From Pyrodictium abyssi (GTDB lineage: Archaea > Thermoproteota > Thermoprotei_A > Sulfolobales > Pyrodictiaceae): a stretch of 32,000 nucleotides of DNA. The DNA is taken from assembly GCF_036323395.1 (NCBI RefSeq), contig NZ_AP028907.1:1980001-2012000 (forward strand), given 5' to 3'. The translations under genes were made by a program, and so were the position numbers. The notes below the pieces were generated by a model. That model was not told the DNA's origin, made no database searches, and worked only from the letters and a program-made list of their open reading frames with translations. This document shows, piece after piece, positions 1 through 8,579 of this stretch. How positions within the stretch are numbered: the stretch's first letter is position 1; each line of letters begins with the position of its first letter.

Positions 1-477
1 TATAACGAATGGCGTGTTGGGGTTAGGCTTCCAGCCCGGTATCTTGTCAATCTTGTTAGCAGCTACTATGAATGGTACACGGCGCTGCTTGAGTATTTCT
101 ATCGACTCGTAGGTCTGGGGCTGGAACCCCTCATTGATGTCCACAACGAGTATAGCGAAGTCTGCGACGCTCCCGCCACGGCGCCGGAGATTGGTAAAGA
201 GTTCGTGGCCAGGCGTATCTATGAAGAGGAGCCCTGGTATTATCAGCTTGAAGGGAATAAGCTTCTTCAGGGGCTCGGCGAGCTTCTCTATGACGCTCGC
301 CGGTACAACGCTGGCGCCGACATGCTGCGTGATAAGCCCGGGCTCCTTGGCTGTCACCGCTGTTCCTCTTATCCGGTCAAGGAGCGTGGTCTTGCCATGG
401 TCCACGTGGCCTAGCACAACCACTATAGGCTGCCTTAGCCGCTTGCCTGTAGATTGTCCGCCGGCCGTGCCGGACAA
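1..477 (-). CDS. infB: Translation initiation factor IF-2 / aIF5B, N-terminal part (C-terminus beyond left edge)
   Basis: Reverse strand reads [55 protein letters not shown]...[17 protein letters not shown]...[21 protein letters not shown]; G1 and G3 GTPase motifs; TTG start at 477. The plus ORF 134..526 is its antisense shadow. Confidence 0.93.
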   Translation of the reverse strand, partial: MSGTAGGQSTGKRLRQPIVVVLGHVDHGKTTLLDRIRGTAVTAKEPGLITQHVGASVVPASVIEKLAEPLKKLIPFKLIIPGLLFIDTPGHELFTNLRRRGGSVADFAILVVDINEGFQPQTYESIEILKQRRVPFIVAANKIDKIPGWKPNPNTPFVI

Positions 478-593
478 AGTGACGTCACCCGTGCTAGCAG
501 CATGCAGCCACCCTACTATAACGTAATAGCCGCAATAGCTGTACGAGACTTCCCGGCCCGGGGGCCTACACTAGGCTCCTGCTCCAAGATACC

Positions 594-600
594 AAATAAA
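594..600 (+). promoter_or_regulatory. TATA-like box (aaataaa) upstream of eS6 gene
   Basis: A/T-rich element in GC-rich intergenic DNA about 100 bp upstream of the start codon. Confidence 0.4.
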
Positions 601-626
601 GGGGTCCGGACTCCTCCACGCCGTGG

Positions 627-687
627 CCCTCCGTTGAAGGAGGGATGCTGGGCCCGCAAAGGGCCCGGGGATGAACCTCCTGGAGGT
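627..687 (+). promoter_or_regulatory. Structured 5' leader of eS6 mRNA with tandem hairpins and sequence complementary to the SD
   Basis: CCCTCC-gttgaa-GGAGGG (627-644), GGGCCC-gcaaa-GGGCCC (650-666), ACCTCC-t-GGAGGT (675-687) just upstream of GTG 698. Confidence 0.45.
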
Positions 688-697
688 GTAGGAGACG

Positions 698-1351
698 GTG
701 CCCGAGTTCAAGATAGTAATATCGGACCCTGGAGCTAAGGCAGACTCCCCCGTGCTAAAGGTGAAGATCAAGGGCGACGAGAACATAGAGTATGGCGAGG
801 AGGAGAAGAGCCAGCGCAAGCTACCAGTCTGCAAGGCCAATCCCAAGCTTATAGAAAAGCTGGGCGCGATACACAACATAATCACTGTGAGGATAAGGAA
901 GGAGGAGAAGAAGATTAAGCACACTTGCAGGGTAGTGGCCGATGCAGAGGTGCCAGAGGACGAGGTACGCGTAAGCCTAGAATGGCTCGGTGACGCTGCT
1001 GGAGTGGAAGAGGCAGAGGGTGAGGTATTCCGCGCTAAGGCGTGGCAGATAGCGATAACAAGTCCTCAGGCAGACCAGCTGATAGGCCTAAAGATAGGCG
1101 ACACCTTCGACGGCGGGCTCGTAGGGCTCCCCGGCTACCAGCTAAAGATACGCGGCGGTAGCGACAGCAGCGGCTTCCCAATGCTTCCCTCAATACCCGG
1201 CCCAGTGAAGAAGCGAGTACTGCTATCCGGCCCACCGGGCTTCCATCCACGTGAGAAGGGCGAGAGGAGGAGGAAGACAGTACGCGGCAATACGATAACA
1301 CACGACATAGTCCAGATAAACACCGTAATAGTTTACCCAGAGAACAAGTAA
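698..1351 (+). CDS. rps6e: 30S ribosomal protein S6e (eS6)
   Basis: MPEFKIVISDPGAKADSPVLKVKIKGDENI...; typical archaeal S6e N-terminus with GD-FDGG and LSGPPG-FHPREKGERRRKTVRGN region. Confidence 0.93.
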   Translation: MPEFKIVISDPGAKADSPVLKVKIKGDENIEYGEEEKSQRKLPVCKANPKLIEKLGAIHNIITVRIRKEEKKIKHTCRVVADAEVPEDEVRVSLEWLGDAAGVEEAEGEVFRAKAWQIAITSPQADQLIGLKIGDTFDGGLVGLPGYQLKIRGGSDSSGFPMLPSIPGPVKKRVLLSGPPGFHPREKGERRRKTVRGNTITHDIVQINTVIVYPENK

Positions 1352-1516
1352 AAGCCGCGCCAGAGCCGGGCAGCCTAGCACCAAAGGCTTGATGGATGGT
1401 TTTAGGTGGTCTCTACCTCTGCCTCCTCCTCTCCGGGCAATCAACTACAGCAGTGATACAAGCCTAGCCTTCTTTATTCCCTTAGCTCTAGGCACTAGGG
1501 GTGGGGTGCGTCAGTA

Positions 1517-2782
1517 TTGGCGAAGTTCGATATGGATGAAATTGAAGCACAGCGGCAACGGCAGCCCGAGGTCAACATAGGTACTGCAGGACACGTAGAC
1601 CATGGCAAAACTACGCTGGTGCAGGCCCTTACCGGCGTCTGGACAGCAAAGCATAGCGAGGAGCTGAAGAGAGGCATGACTATAAAGCTTGGCTATGCCG
1701 AGGGCGAGGTATGGTACTGCGAGGGCGCCGAAGGGCCGGAAGCATACCAACCCTTCCCCGAGCTCTGCCCGGAGGGTACGGTGCCTAAGCTTCTCCGAAA
1801 GGTCTCCTACGTGGACGCGCCTGGACACGAGATACTAATGGCAACGATGCTTTCAGGAGCAGCGTTGATGGACGGCGCTCTCCTCGTCATAGCGGCCAAC
1901 GAGCGTTGTCCCCAGCCACAGACCTACGAGCACCTAATGGCTCTAGACATAGTAGGGGTTCACAACATAGTCCTGGTGCAGAACAAGGTTGATGTAGTAA
2001 GCCCGGAGAGAGCCCGGGAAAGCTACCAAGAGATAAAGGAGTTCGTAAAGGGCACGTTCGCAGAGAACGCTCCCATAATACCGGTGAGTGCTCTCCACAA
2101 AGTCAACGTAGACGCGGTACTCATGGCTATGGAGCACCTTATACCGACGCCAAAGCGGGACCCTGCCAAACCACCACTAATGTTCATAGCCAGGAGCTTT
2201 GACGTAAACAAGCCAGGCACCCCTGTCGAGGAGCTAAGAGGCGGTGTAGTAGGCGGATCGCTCATACAAGGTGTCCTCCGCGTTGGTGACGAGATAGAGA
2301 TAGTACCCGGTGTACGTGTAGAGGAAAGGGGCAGGGTACGCTATGAGCCCCTAGTAACAGAGGTCACAAGCCTACGCTTCGGCAACCTAGAGGTAGACGA
2401 AGCCAAGCCAGGCGGCCTGGTAGCAGTAGGCACTAAGCTCGACCCATCCGTGGCCAAGGCAGACAACCTAGTAGGCAACATACTAGGAAAGCCCGGGCAC
2501 CTGCCACCCGTACGCGATACCATAAGGCTAGAGTACTACATGCTTGAGCGAGTCGTCGGTGCACGCGACCTAGTCAAAGTGCCACCGCTGAGGCAGAGAG
2601 AGATAGTGATGTTGACTGTCGGTACAGCGATAACTCTCGGCGTTGTGGCAAACGCTGGCAAGGACGAGATAGAGGTCAAGCTACGTAGACCGGTAGCAGC
2701 ATGGGAGGGCGCTAGAGTAGCGATATCCAGGCAGGTCCTTGGACGCTGGAGGCTGGTTGGATGGGGATTGGTAAAAGACTAA
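1517..2782 (+). CDS. eif2g: Translation initiation factor aIF2 subunit gamma
   Basis: [46 protein letters not shown]...YVDAPGHE...VQNKVDVV...[14 protein letters not shown]; TTG start. Confidence 0.97.
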   Translation: MAKFDMDEIEAQRQRQPEVNIGTAGHVDHGKTTLVQALTGVWTAKHSEELKRGMTIKLGYAEGEVWYCEGAEGPEAYQPFPELCPEGTVPKLLRKVSYVDAPGHEILMATMLSGAALMDGALLVIAANERCPQPQTYEHLMALDIVGVHNIVLVQNKVDVVSPERARESYQEIKEFVKGTFAENAPIIPVSALHKVNVDAVLMAMEHLIPTPKRDPAKPPLMFIARSFDVNKPGTPVEELRGGVVGGSLIQGVLRVGDEIEIVPGVRVEERGRVRYEPLVTEVTSLRFGNLEVDEAKPGGLVAVGTKLDPSVAKADNLVGNILGKPGHLPPVRDTIRLEYYMLERVVGARDLVKVPPLRQREIVMLTVGTAITLGVVANAGKDEIEVKLRRPVAAWEGARVAISRQVLGRWRLVGWGLVKD

Positions 2783-3174
2783 AACGAGTCGTTTATGACA
2801 CAAGCATACTTATGCTCCTCTATGAAGGCGTCCCTGTCTTCGAGGAAAGCGCCTCTCTACTCCTATCCAAGCCAGAATGCATAGTCCCACGGCAAGTCCA
2901 GGATGAGCTAAAGAAGCTTGCTGAGACAGCTGGCTCCATACACCGTAGAAAAGCAGCACGTCTCGCCCTAGAAGCTATAAGAAAGATGGGCTGCAGGATA
3001 GTAGACGTGGATGCGGATAGCACGGATGACGCTATAATAGCTATAGTTGTGTCCGACCCCGAAGCCATAGTGGCTACAGCCGATAACGAGCTTAGGAGAA
3101 GACTGAGAGAAATAGGGCTCCCAAATATATACTACCGTAGGTCACGTCATGGCTTGATGCTCGAAGGCGCGTAG
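2761..3174 (+). CDS. PIN-domain protein (Fcf1/Utp24-like or VapC9-like nuclease)
   Basis: [15 protein letters not shown]...[10 protein letters not shown]...[32 protein letters not shown]; overlaps the end of aIF2-gamma, a conserved archaeal arrangement. Confidence 0.85.
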   Translation: MGIGKRLKRVVYDTSILMLLYEGVPVFEESASLLLSKPECIVPRQVQDELKKLAETAGSIHRRKAARLALEAIRKMGCRIVDVDADSTDDAIIAIVVSDPEAIVATADNELRRRLREIGLPNIYYRRSRHGLMLEGA

Positions 3175-3322
3175 ATGGGAGTCGTCCTGGCCGTAGAGCG
3201 TAGAACCATAACGTTATTAGCCGCGTAGCGGACACACTTAATACTTCCCAGCCTCTAGCCTCGGGCTTGGCGCTCCTAAAGAGTAGTGTGAGCAACGCTG
3301 AGGCTTACCCGAGGGTGACAAC

Positions 3323-3874
3323 TTGTACATGATATACCGGGTTAGAGACACTGTTAGGATACCGCCAAGCCTGTTCGGCATGCCTCTCGAGGAGGCAGCG
3401 CTGCAGGTACTCACTGAAAAGTACGTGGGCTACGTTCACCCAGATATGGGAATCATAGTAGCTATATTCGACGTTAAGGTTAGCGAAGAGGGGCGTATCA
3501 TACCGGGCGACGGCGCAACCTACCACGAGTCAGAGTACAGCGTGCTCGCGTTCAAACCAGTAGTAAAAGAGGTAGTGGAAGGCGTCGTGGTTAACGCTCA
3601 GCAGTACGGCTTGTGGGTGAACCTTGGGCCTGTAGAGGGCTTTGCACACGTAACACAGCTGATGGACGACCGCGTCATGTTTGATCCGCAGCGCAAGGCG
3701 CTCATCGGAGAGCGCACCAGGCGTATAGTGGAGGTAGGTGACGTGGTTAGAGCAAGAGTGGTATCAGTATCGATACCGTCAGAGCCTACAATGAGGCCAA
3801 GGATACAGTTGACTATGCGGCAGCCATACCTGGGTAAACCGGAATGGTATAAGAAGGCTGGGCAGCAAGAGTAA
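3323..3874 (+). CDS. rpo7: DNA-directed RNA polymerase subunit Rpo7 (RpoE')
   Basis: YRVRDTVRIPPSLFGMPLEEAALQVLTEKYVG...S1-like domain VVEGVVVNAQQYGLWVNLGPVEGFAHVTQLMDD; TTG 3323 or ATG 3329 start. Confidence 0.95.
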   Translation: MYMIYRVRDTVRIPPSLFGMPLEEAALQVLTEKYVGYVHPDMGIIVAIFDVKVSEEGRIIPGDGATYHESEYSVLAFKPVVKEVVEGVVVNAQQYGLWVNLGPVEGFAHVTQLMDDRVMFDPQRKALIGERTRRIVEVGDVVRARVVSVSIPSEPTMRPRIQLTMRQPYLGKPEWYKKAGQQE

Positions 3875-4012
3875 ACCTGTAACCGCAGATACCTGCACGG
3901 TATCTAAGTCTGTTTTAACACGATTGTATTCATTGCATACAGTGTTTCGTAGTACCTTGCTGGCTGGTCGCATTCATATCGGTTTCAACAGTTCAACGGG
4001 GTTGGAGTAGGT

Positions 4013-4228
4013 ATGTCTGCAAGGAGGGTTAGGGTACCACCTTTCAAAGCGTGTAGGAAGTGTAAGAGCCTAGTACCACGCGAGGCCTCTCGCTGTCCAG
4101 TCTGTGGCTCTACAGACCTATCAGAGGACTGGGAGGGGGCGCTGGTAGTAATAGACCCAGAGAAGTCGGTAATAGCAAAGAAGCTCGAGATAACAAAGCC
4201 CGGGAGATACGCAATAAAGGTAAGGTAA
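4013..4228 (+). CDS. spt4: Transcription elongation factor Spt4 (RpoE'')
   Basis: FKACRKCKSLVPREASRCPVCGSTDLSEDWEGALVVIDPEKSVIAKKLEITKPGRYAIKVR; zinc ribbon, downstream of rpo7. Confidence 0.95.
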   Translation: MSARRVRVPPFKACRKCKSLVPREASRCPVCGSTDLSEDWEGALVVIDPEKSVIAKKLEITKPGRYAIKVR

Positions 4229-4356
4229 TGTGTGGAGAAAAGGTCCAGAAGGCCGGCTGCCCCGAGCCACTCTCTAAGATGCCTAAGGCGCCAAAACCAG
4301 GAGCCACGGTAAGGGCTCGACAGCGGTATCCTGCATGTGGGTGTTTTAGGCGATGA
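4228..4356 (+). CDS. Candidate small protein, 42 aa, cysteine- and proline-rich, unknown function
   Basis: ATG at 4228 overlaps the spt4 TAA; its TGA (4354-4356) overlaps the ATG (4353) of the next gene. Translation MCGEKVQKAGCPEPLSKMPKAPKPGATVRARQRYPACGCFRR. Confidence 0.35.
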   Translation: MCGEKVQKAGCPEPLSKMPKAPKPGATVRARQRYPACGCFRR

Positions 4357-4898
4357 GTATGATTGGTACACCCCTCTGTATGCCGGATGAGCTTAGGCCA
4401 CTCCTCGCCTCCCGGACGCCGCGTGGGAGACTAGTCCCGAGCCTAGCCCACGTACTAGCTGAGCTAAGGTACTCAAGGCTAATAGTGATAGGGGATAGGG
4501 TGACGAGGACAGCGTTCGAACTAGGCCTAGAGCCTGTGCTAGCCATATACGACTGTGTGGAAATGCGGGAGAACATTGAGTGTCCAGAGCCGCCTAGCCA
4601 CTATCGGCGCGAGGCTGTGTCCAACCCACGTTCGTCGATTTCGTTTGAAGCCGCTAGGGCTATCCGGGACGCGATACGACAGGGAGCTAACACCGCTATA
4701 CAGGTTTATGGCGAGGAGGATCTACTCGCCATACCAGCGATACTATACGCTGATACAGGGTATGTAGTAGCCTACGGTCAGCCATCCCGCGGGGTTGTAC
4801 TAGTCCGGGTTGACTCGTATGTTAAGAGGCTTGTAGCTAATCTCCTACACAGTTTTGAGCCATGCAGTGCAAGCTCGCCGGGAAAGACTAAAGAATAA
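4353..4898 (+). CDS. GTP-dependent dephospho-CoA kinase (DUF359 family)
   Basis: MPDELRPLLASRTPRGRLVP...LIVIGDRVTRTAFELGLEPVLAIYDCVEMR...VYGEEDLLAIPAILYADTGYVVAYGQPSRGVVLVRV. Confidence 0.88.
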   Translation: MSMIGTPLCMPDELRPLLASRTPRGRLVPSLAHVLAELRYSRLIVIGDRVTRTAFELGLEPVLAIYDCVEMRENIECPEPPSHYRREAVSNPRSSISFEAARAIRDAIRQGANTAIQVYGEEDLLAIPAILYADTGYVVAYGQPSRGVVLVRVDSYVKRLVANLLHSFEPCSASSPGKTKE

Positions 4899-4948
4899 AC
4901 CCGGGAGGCCCGGTGTCTCCACGGGGCTAGACAGTAGGGTACTGCGAG

Positions 4949-5341
4949 GTGGCGGTAGTGTCTCAGACAAGCACGCCTATGGATATGATCGAACTACTAA
5001 GACCCAAGGACGCGAAAAAGCTCGAAGTAGACCTTGGTGAGGGCTATGAAGTATATGCGGTAAAGGACTGGTACAACCCGCTGATAAAGCGCCGTGAGCT
5101 GGACGTGATAATACTTCATGTTGGCAAGCCTACTCCTAGCCGTATGAAGCTCCGCTACGCCTTCTCGAAGGCACTAAACGTGGACATCAAGAGGCTATAC
5201 ATAAGGAAGGTGCTAAGCGAGTACGGTGTCGGGAGGACCAAGGCCGAGATACACGTGTATGATACACCAGAGCGTGCGCTACAGTTTGAGCCAAAGCACA
5301 TCATAGAGCGCAACAAGCTGCCAGAAGAGGAAGAGGAGTAA
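4949..5341 (+). CDS. rps24e: 30S ribosomal protein S24e
   Basis: YNPLIKRRELDVIILHVGKPTPSRMKLRYAFSKALNVDIKRLYIRKVLSEYGVGRTKAEIHVYDTPERAL; GTG start. Confidence 0.93.
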   Translation: MAVVSQTSTPMDMIELLRPKDAKKLEVDLGEGYEVYAVKDWYNPLIKRRELDVIILHVGKPTPSRMKLRYAFSKALNVDIKRLYIRKVLSEYGVGRTKAEIHVYDTPERALQFEPKHIIERNKLPEEEEE

Positions 5342-5386
5342 CCCTCAAACAGGGGAGAAAAGGCAAACGCGTGGGGTGCATAAGTC

Positions 5387-5578
5387 GTGGCCAAGGAGGG
5401 GCTTAAGCTATACGTGCACAAGCTATACGAGTACGACTACAACACTGGCACAATAAAGCGTAAGAACAAGATATGCCCGCGCTGCGGCAGCTTCATGGCT
5501 TTCCACAAGAAGCCGGTGCCGAGGTGGCACTGTGGCAAATGCGGCCATACAGAGTTCGTCAGGGAGTCTGGCAAGTAA
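5387..5578 (+). CDS. rps27ae: 30S ribosomal protein S27Ae
   Basis: [45 protein letters not shown]; C-x2-C zinc ribbon; GTG start. Confidence 0.93.
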   Translation: MAKEGLKLYVHKLYEYDYNTGTIKRKNKICPRCGSFMAFHKKPVPRWHCGKCGHTEFVRESGK

Positions 5579-6617
5579 CCCCCGCAGCCTATACCGTGGG
5601 TTAGAATGGGACCGCGAAGTCTACATACTAGGCATAGAGTCTACGGCTCACACTTTTGGCGTAGGCATAGCCTCCACTAAGCCACCCTACATCCTGTCCA
5701 ACGTCCGTGACGTATACCGGCCAAAGGAAGGGGGTATTCATCCACGCGAAGCTGCTAGCCACCACGCAAAAGTAGCACCGACAGTTCTACGCGAGGCACT
5801 CCGGCAAGCAGGCCTCAGCATAAACGATGTAGACGGTATTGCTGTAGCGCTCGGACCTGGCCTGGGTCCAGCACTGAGGGTTGGCGCGACTATAGCTCGT
5901 GGTCTCTCAGCCTACTACTCGAAGCCGCTTATACCGGTGAACCATGCACTTGCCCATATAGAGATAGGGAGGCTTGCAACCGGTTTCAGTGATCCGCTAG
6001 TTCTCTACGTCTCTGGAGGAAACACGATGGTAGCAGCTTTTGCCAAAAAACGTTACCGTGTATTCGGCGAGACACTCGACATAGCACTGGGTAATCTCCT
6101 TGACACGTTCGCAAGGGATGCTGGCCTAGCACCCCCATATGTTGTAGACGGTCTCCACGCGGTGGATCGCTGCGCAGAAGACGCTACTAGGCCGGCTGAC
6201 CTCCCATACGTGGTAAAGGGTATGGATGTCTCTTTCTCCGGCCTCCTTACAGCCGCTCTAAGAATGTGGAAGAGCGCGAAGACAGAGCGCCCGGCTATAT
6301 GCCTTGGTCTACGCGAGATAGCCTACGGAGCTGCGGTAGAAGTCGCAGAAAGAGGGCTAGCACACACTAGGAAGAACTCTGTACTCGTGACAGGCGGTGT
6401 AGCGGCAAGTCCTATACTCCGCAGAAAGATCGAGGAGATGGTCAAGTACCACGGAGCGTCTGCGGGCTATCCGCCTCCCTCGCTGGCGGGGGACAACGGT
6501 GCTATGATAGCATGGGTTGGGCTACTAAACTTCCTAGCAGGTATAACGATCAGCCCCGAAGAGGCTGTGGTGAGGCAGCGTTGGAGGCTAGACTCGGTGG
6601 AGGTTCCGTGGCGCTAG
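5532..6617 (+). CDS. kae1: KEOPS/tRNA t6A synthesis protein Kae1 (TsaD family); N-terminus uncertain
   Basis: [19 protein letters not shown]...[17 protein letters not shown]...[11 protein letters not shown]...[10 protein letters not shown]...[11 protein letters not shown]...SFSGLLTA...[13 protein letters not shown]...GDNGAMIAW. Confidence 0.96.
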   Translation: MANAAIQSSSGSLASNPRSLYRGLEWDREVYILGIESTAHTFGVGIASTKPPYILSNVRDVYRPKEGGIHPREAASHHAKVAPTVLREALRQAGLSINDVDGIAVALGPGLGPALRVGATIARGLSAYYSKPLIPVNHALAHIEIGRLATGFSDPLVLYVSGGNTMVAAFAKKRYRVFGETLDIALGNLLDTFARDAGLAPPYVVDGLHAVDRCAEDATRPADLPYVVKGMDVSFSGLLTAALRMWKSAKTERPAICLGLREIAYGAAVEVAERGLAHTRKNSVLVTGGVAASPILRRKIEEMVKYHGASAGYPPPSLAGDNGAMIAWVGLLNFLAGITISPEEAVVRQRWRLDSVEVPWR

Positions 6618-7288
6618 AGGGTCTGGAAGAGCTGGGGAAGCCTCACTACAAGGGTGCAGAGGCGTACCTGTACGTAATAGAGTGGCTTGGCCGTAAGGCT
6701 GTACTGAAGCTACGTATACCAAAACACTATCGCCACCCACTGCTGGACAGGAGGCTTCGATGGCGTCGTACAGTCAACGAGGCGAGAGCCGTCCTAGCCG
6801 CTATCATGGCTGGTGTAAACGCCCCAGCGATATACTATGTGGACCCCGTGGCCGGCGCAATAGTCATGGAGTATATCGACGCGGTTAGCCTCTACGAGGT
6901 CATAGAGAAGAAGCCGGAGGCAGCAGTGCAATATGCACGTAGACTCGGCGAGGCTGTGGGTACCCTGCACGCCAGAGGAATAAGTCATGGAGACCTGACG
7001 ACGAGTAACGTGCTCACCAGGGGCGGCGACGTCTACCTGATAGACTTTGGGCTAGCATCCTTAAAGAGTAGTGAACGCGAGCAGGCAGTGGATGTGCATC
7101 TCTACCTGCGTAGCCTCGAATCAACGCACCCAGATCACGTCGATACAATGCTTGAGGCGTTCCTAGAGGGCTACATGTCTGTCCGCGGGGGAGCAGTGAC
7201 AGAGAAGATTATGCAGCTTGTCCGTGAGATAAGGCTTATGGGTAGATACAAGGAGGAGAGGAGGACGGCATGGCAGCAAGAAGAGTAA
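6608..7288 (+). CDS. bud32: KEOPS kinase/ATPase Bud32
   Basis: GAEAYLYVIEWLGRKAVLKLRIPKHYRHPLLDRRLRWRRTVNEARAV...GISHGDLTTSNVLTRGGDVYLIDFGLAS...DVHLYLRSLESTHPD; GTG 6608 overlaps the kae1 stop by 10 bp. The track start 6512 would overlap kae1 by more than 100 bp and is unlikely. Confidence 0.95.
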   Translation: MALEGLEELGKPHYKGAEAYLYVIEWLGRKAVLKLRIPKHYRHPLLDRRLRWRRTVNEARAVLAAIMAGVNAPAIYYVDPVAGAIVMEYIDAVSLYEVIEKKPEAAVQYARRLGEAVGTLHARGISHGDLTTSNVLTRGGDVYLIDFGLASLKSSEREQAVDVHLYLRSLESTHPDHVDTMLEAFLEGYMSVRGGAVTEKIMQLVREIRLMGRYKEERRTAWQQEE

Positions 7289-7842
7289 TATACATAGCTA
7301 CATCAAACATGCACAAGGTCGAGGAGATAAGGAATGTCCTCCAGGGCTGCAGATACAGTGTTGAACCAATAGATGCCCCCAAGCTCGAAATACAAGGGGA
7401 TCTCCAGAAGGTAGCACTCTACGCAGCTACCGTAGCCTACAGTATAACCAGCAAACCCGTAATCGTTGAGGATGCTGGCCTCTTTATTGAGGCTCTCAAA
7501 GGGTTCCCAGGCCCCTACTCGGCCTACGTCTATAAGACGATAGGCATAGAAGGCATACTAAGGCTAATGCGTGGCGTCGACAACAGGCGGGCGCACTTCT
7601 ACTCAGTGATAGCGCTAGCCCATAGTAAGGGTGTAACACTCTTTGAAGGACGATGTGATGGTAGGATAGCTGACGAGCCTCGCGGCACTAAGGGGTTTGG
7701 CTTTGACCCGATATTTGTGCCGGAAGGAAGTACTAGAACATTCGCTGAAATGGATGTAGAGGAGAAGAACCGGTACTCGCACCGTGCCCGTGCAGCAAGG
7801 GCTCTGTGCAACTGGTTAAAGGAGAACCCACACGTGCTCTAA
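7270..7842 (+). CDS. XTP/dITP pyrophosphatase (HAM1/RdgB family)
   Basis: IYIATSNMHKVEEIRNVL...VIVEDAGLFIEALKGFPGPYSAYVYKTIG...RGTKGFGFDPIFVPEGSTRTFAEM...EKNRYSHRARAARAL. Confidence 0.95.
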   Translation: MAARRVIYIATSNMHKVEEIRNVLQGCRYSVEPIDAPKLEIQGDLQKVALYAATVAYSITSKPVIVEDAGLFIEALKGFPGPYSAYVYKTIGIEGILRLMRGVDNRRAHFYSVIALAHSKGVTLFEGRCDGRIADEPRGTKGFGFDPIFVPEGSTRTFAEMDVEEKNRYSHRARAARALCNWLKENPHVL

Positions 7843-7864
7843 GACTCGCCAGCTTAGAGGCTAT

Positions 7865-7874
7865 AGAGTTTATT
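7865..7874 (+). promoter_or_regulatory. TATA-like element upstream of uS15
   Basis: gagtttatta in GC-rich intergenic DNA. Confidence 0.35.
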
Positions 7875-7919
7875 AGGCCCGAGACCGGCTTCCCGCCTCC
7901 ATGGCCCGGTCGGGGACAG

Positions 7920-7979
7920 GGAGCCCCGGGAGTAGGGGCTCCGGTAGGCTCTCTAGGGCTCCTACTCGCCGGGAGAGGT
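7920..7979 (+). promoter_or_regulatory. Hairpin-rich 5' leader of uS15 gene
   Basis: GGAGCCCC-gggagta-GGGGCTCC (7920-7942), GTAGG...CCTAC (7944-7965), plus a CTCTC tract complementary to the GAGAGG just upstream of GTG 7988. Confidence 0.4.
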
Positions 7980-7987
7980 GAGCAGCT

Positions 7988-8461
7988 GTGGCAGGTAAGA
8001 GGAGAAAGAAGGGTAGGTCACACTCGACAAGACCGGCTAGCCCTACAGTCCCTAAGTGGGTCCAGTACGACCCAGAGGAGATAGAGGAGATAATAGTAGA
8101 CCTAGCGAGGAAGGGCTACGGCCCTAGCATGATAGGCATAATACTGAGGGACCAGTTCGGCATCCCACTAGTCAAGCCGATACTAGGCAAGACTATAGTA
8201 GAGGTCCTGGAAGAGCATGGTATAAAGATGGTTGTGCCAGAGGACCTCTTCCGCCTCATAGAGAAGGCTGTGAACCTCCGCCGCCACCTAGAGGAGCACC
8301 CGAAGGACACCCACGCCAAGAAGGGTCTACTAGACCTCGAGTCGAAGATACGCAGGCTCGCTGAGTACTACAAGAGGGTAGGTAAGCTGCCAAAGGACTG
8401 GCGCTACGACCCACAGCGCGCAAAGCTACTAGTAGCAGGCGGTCTATACCAGGAGCAGTAA
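7988..8461 (+). CDS. rps15: 30S ribosomal protein S15 (uS15, archaeal S13e type)
   Basis: [58 protein letters not shown]...[47 protein letters not shown]. Confidence 0.96.
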   Translation: MAGKRRKKGRSHSTRPASPTVPKWVQYDPEEIEEIIVDLARKGYGPSMIGIILRDQFGIPLVKPILGKTIVEVLEEHGIKMVVPEDLFRLIEKAVNLRRHLEEHPKDTHAKKGLLDLESKIRRLAEYYKRVGKLPKDWRYDPQRAKLLVAGGLYQEQ

Positions 8462-8579
8462 ACGCCTATCACTACTCCTCGTTCGTTAATACTGTACTCC
8501 GCTCCTAGTTTTGAGGGATAGGGGAAGGTAATTCTAGGCAGAGTTTGCCTGTGCATCTACGCTACGGGGATACCATAGG

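Noticed and set aside
134-526. 130-aa plus-strand ORF
   Set aside because: Exact antisense of the aIF5B G domain.
7806-8084. 92-aa ORF bridging rdgB and rps15
   Set aside because: Overlaps both real genes, G/R/Q-rich composition reflects GC-rich hairpin DNA, no recognisable family.
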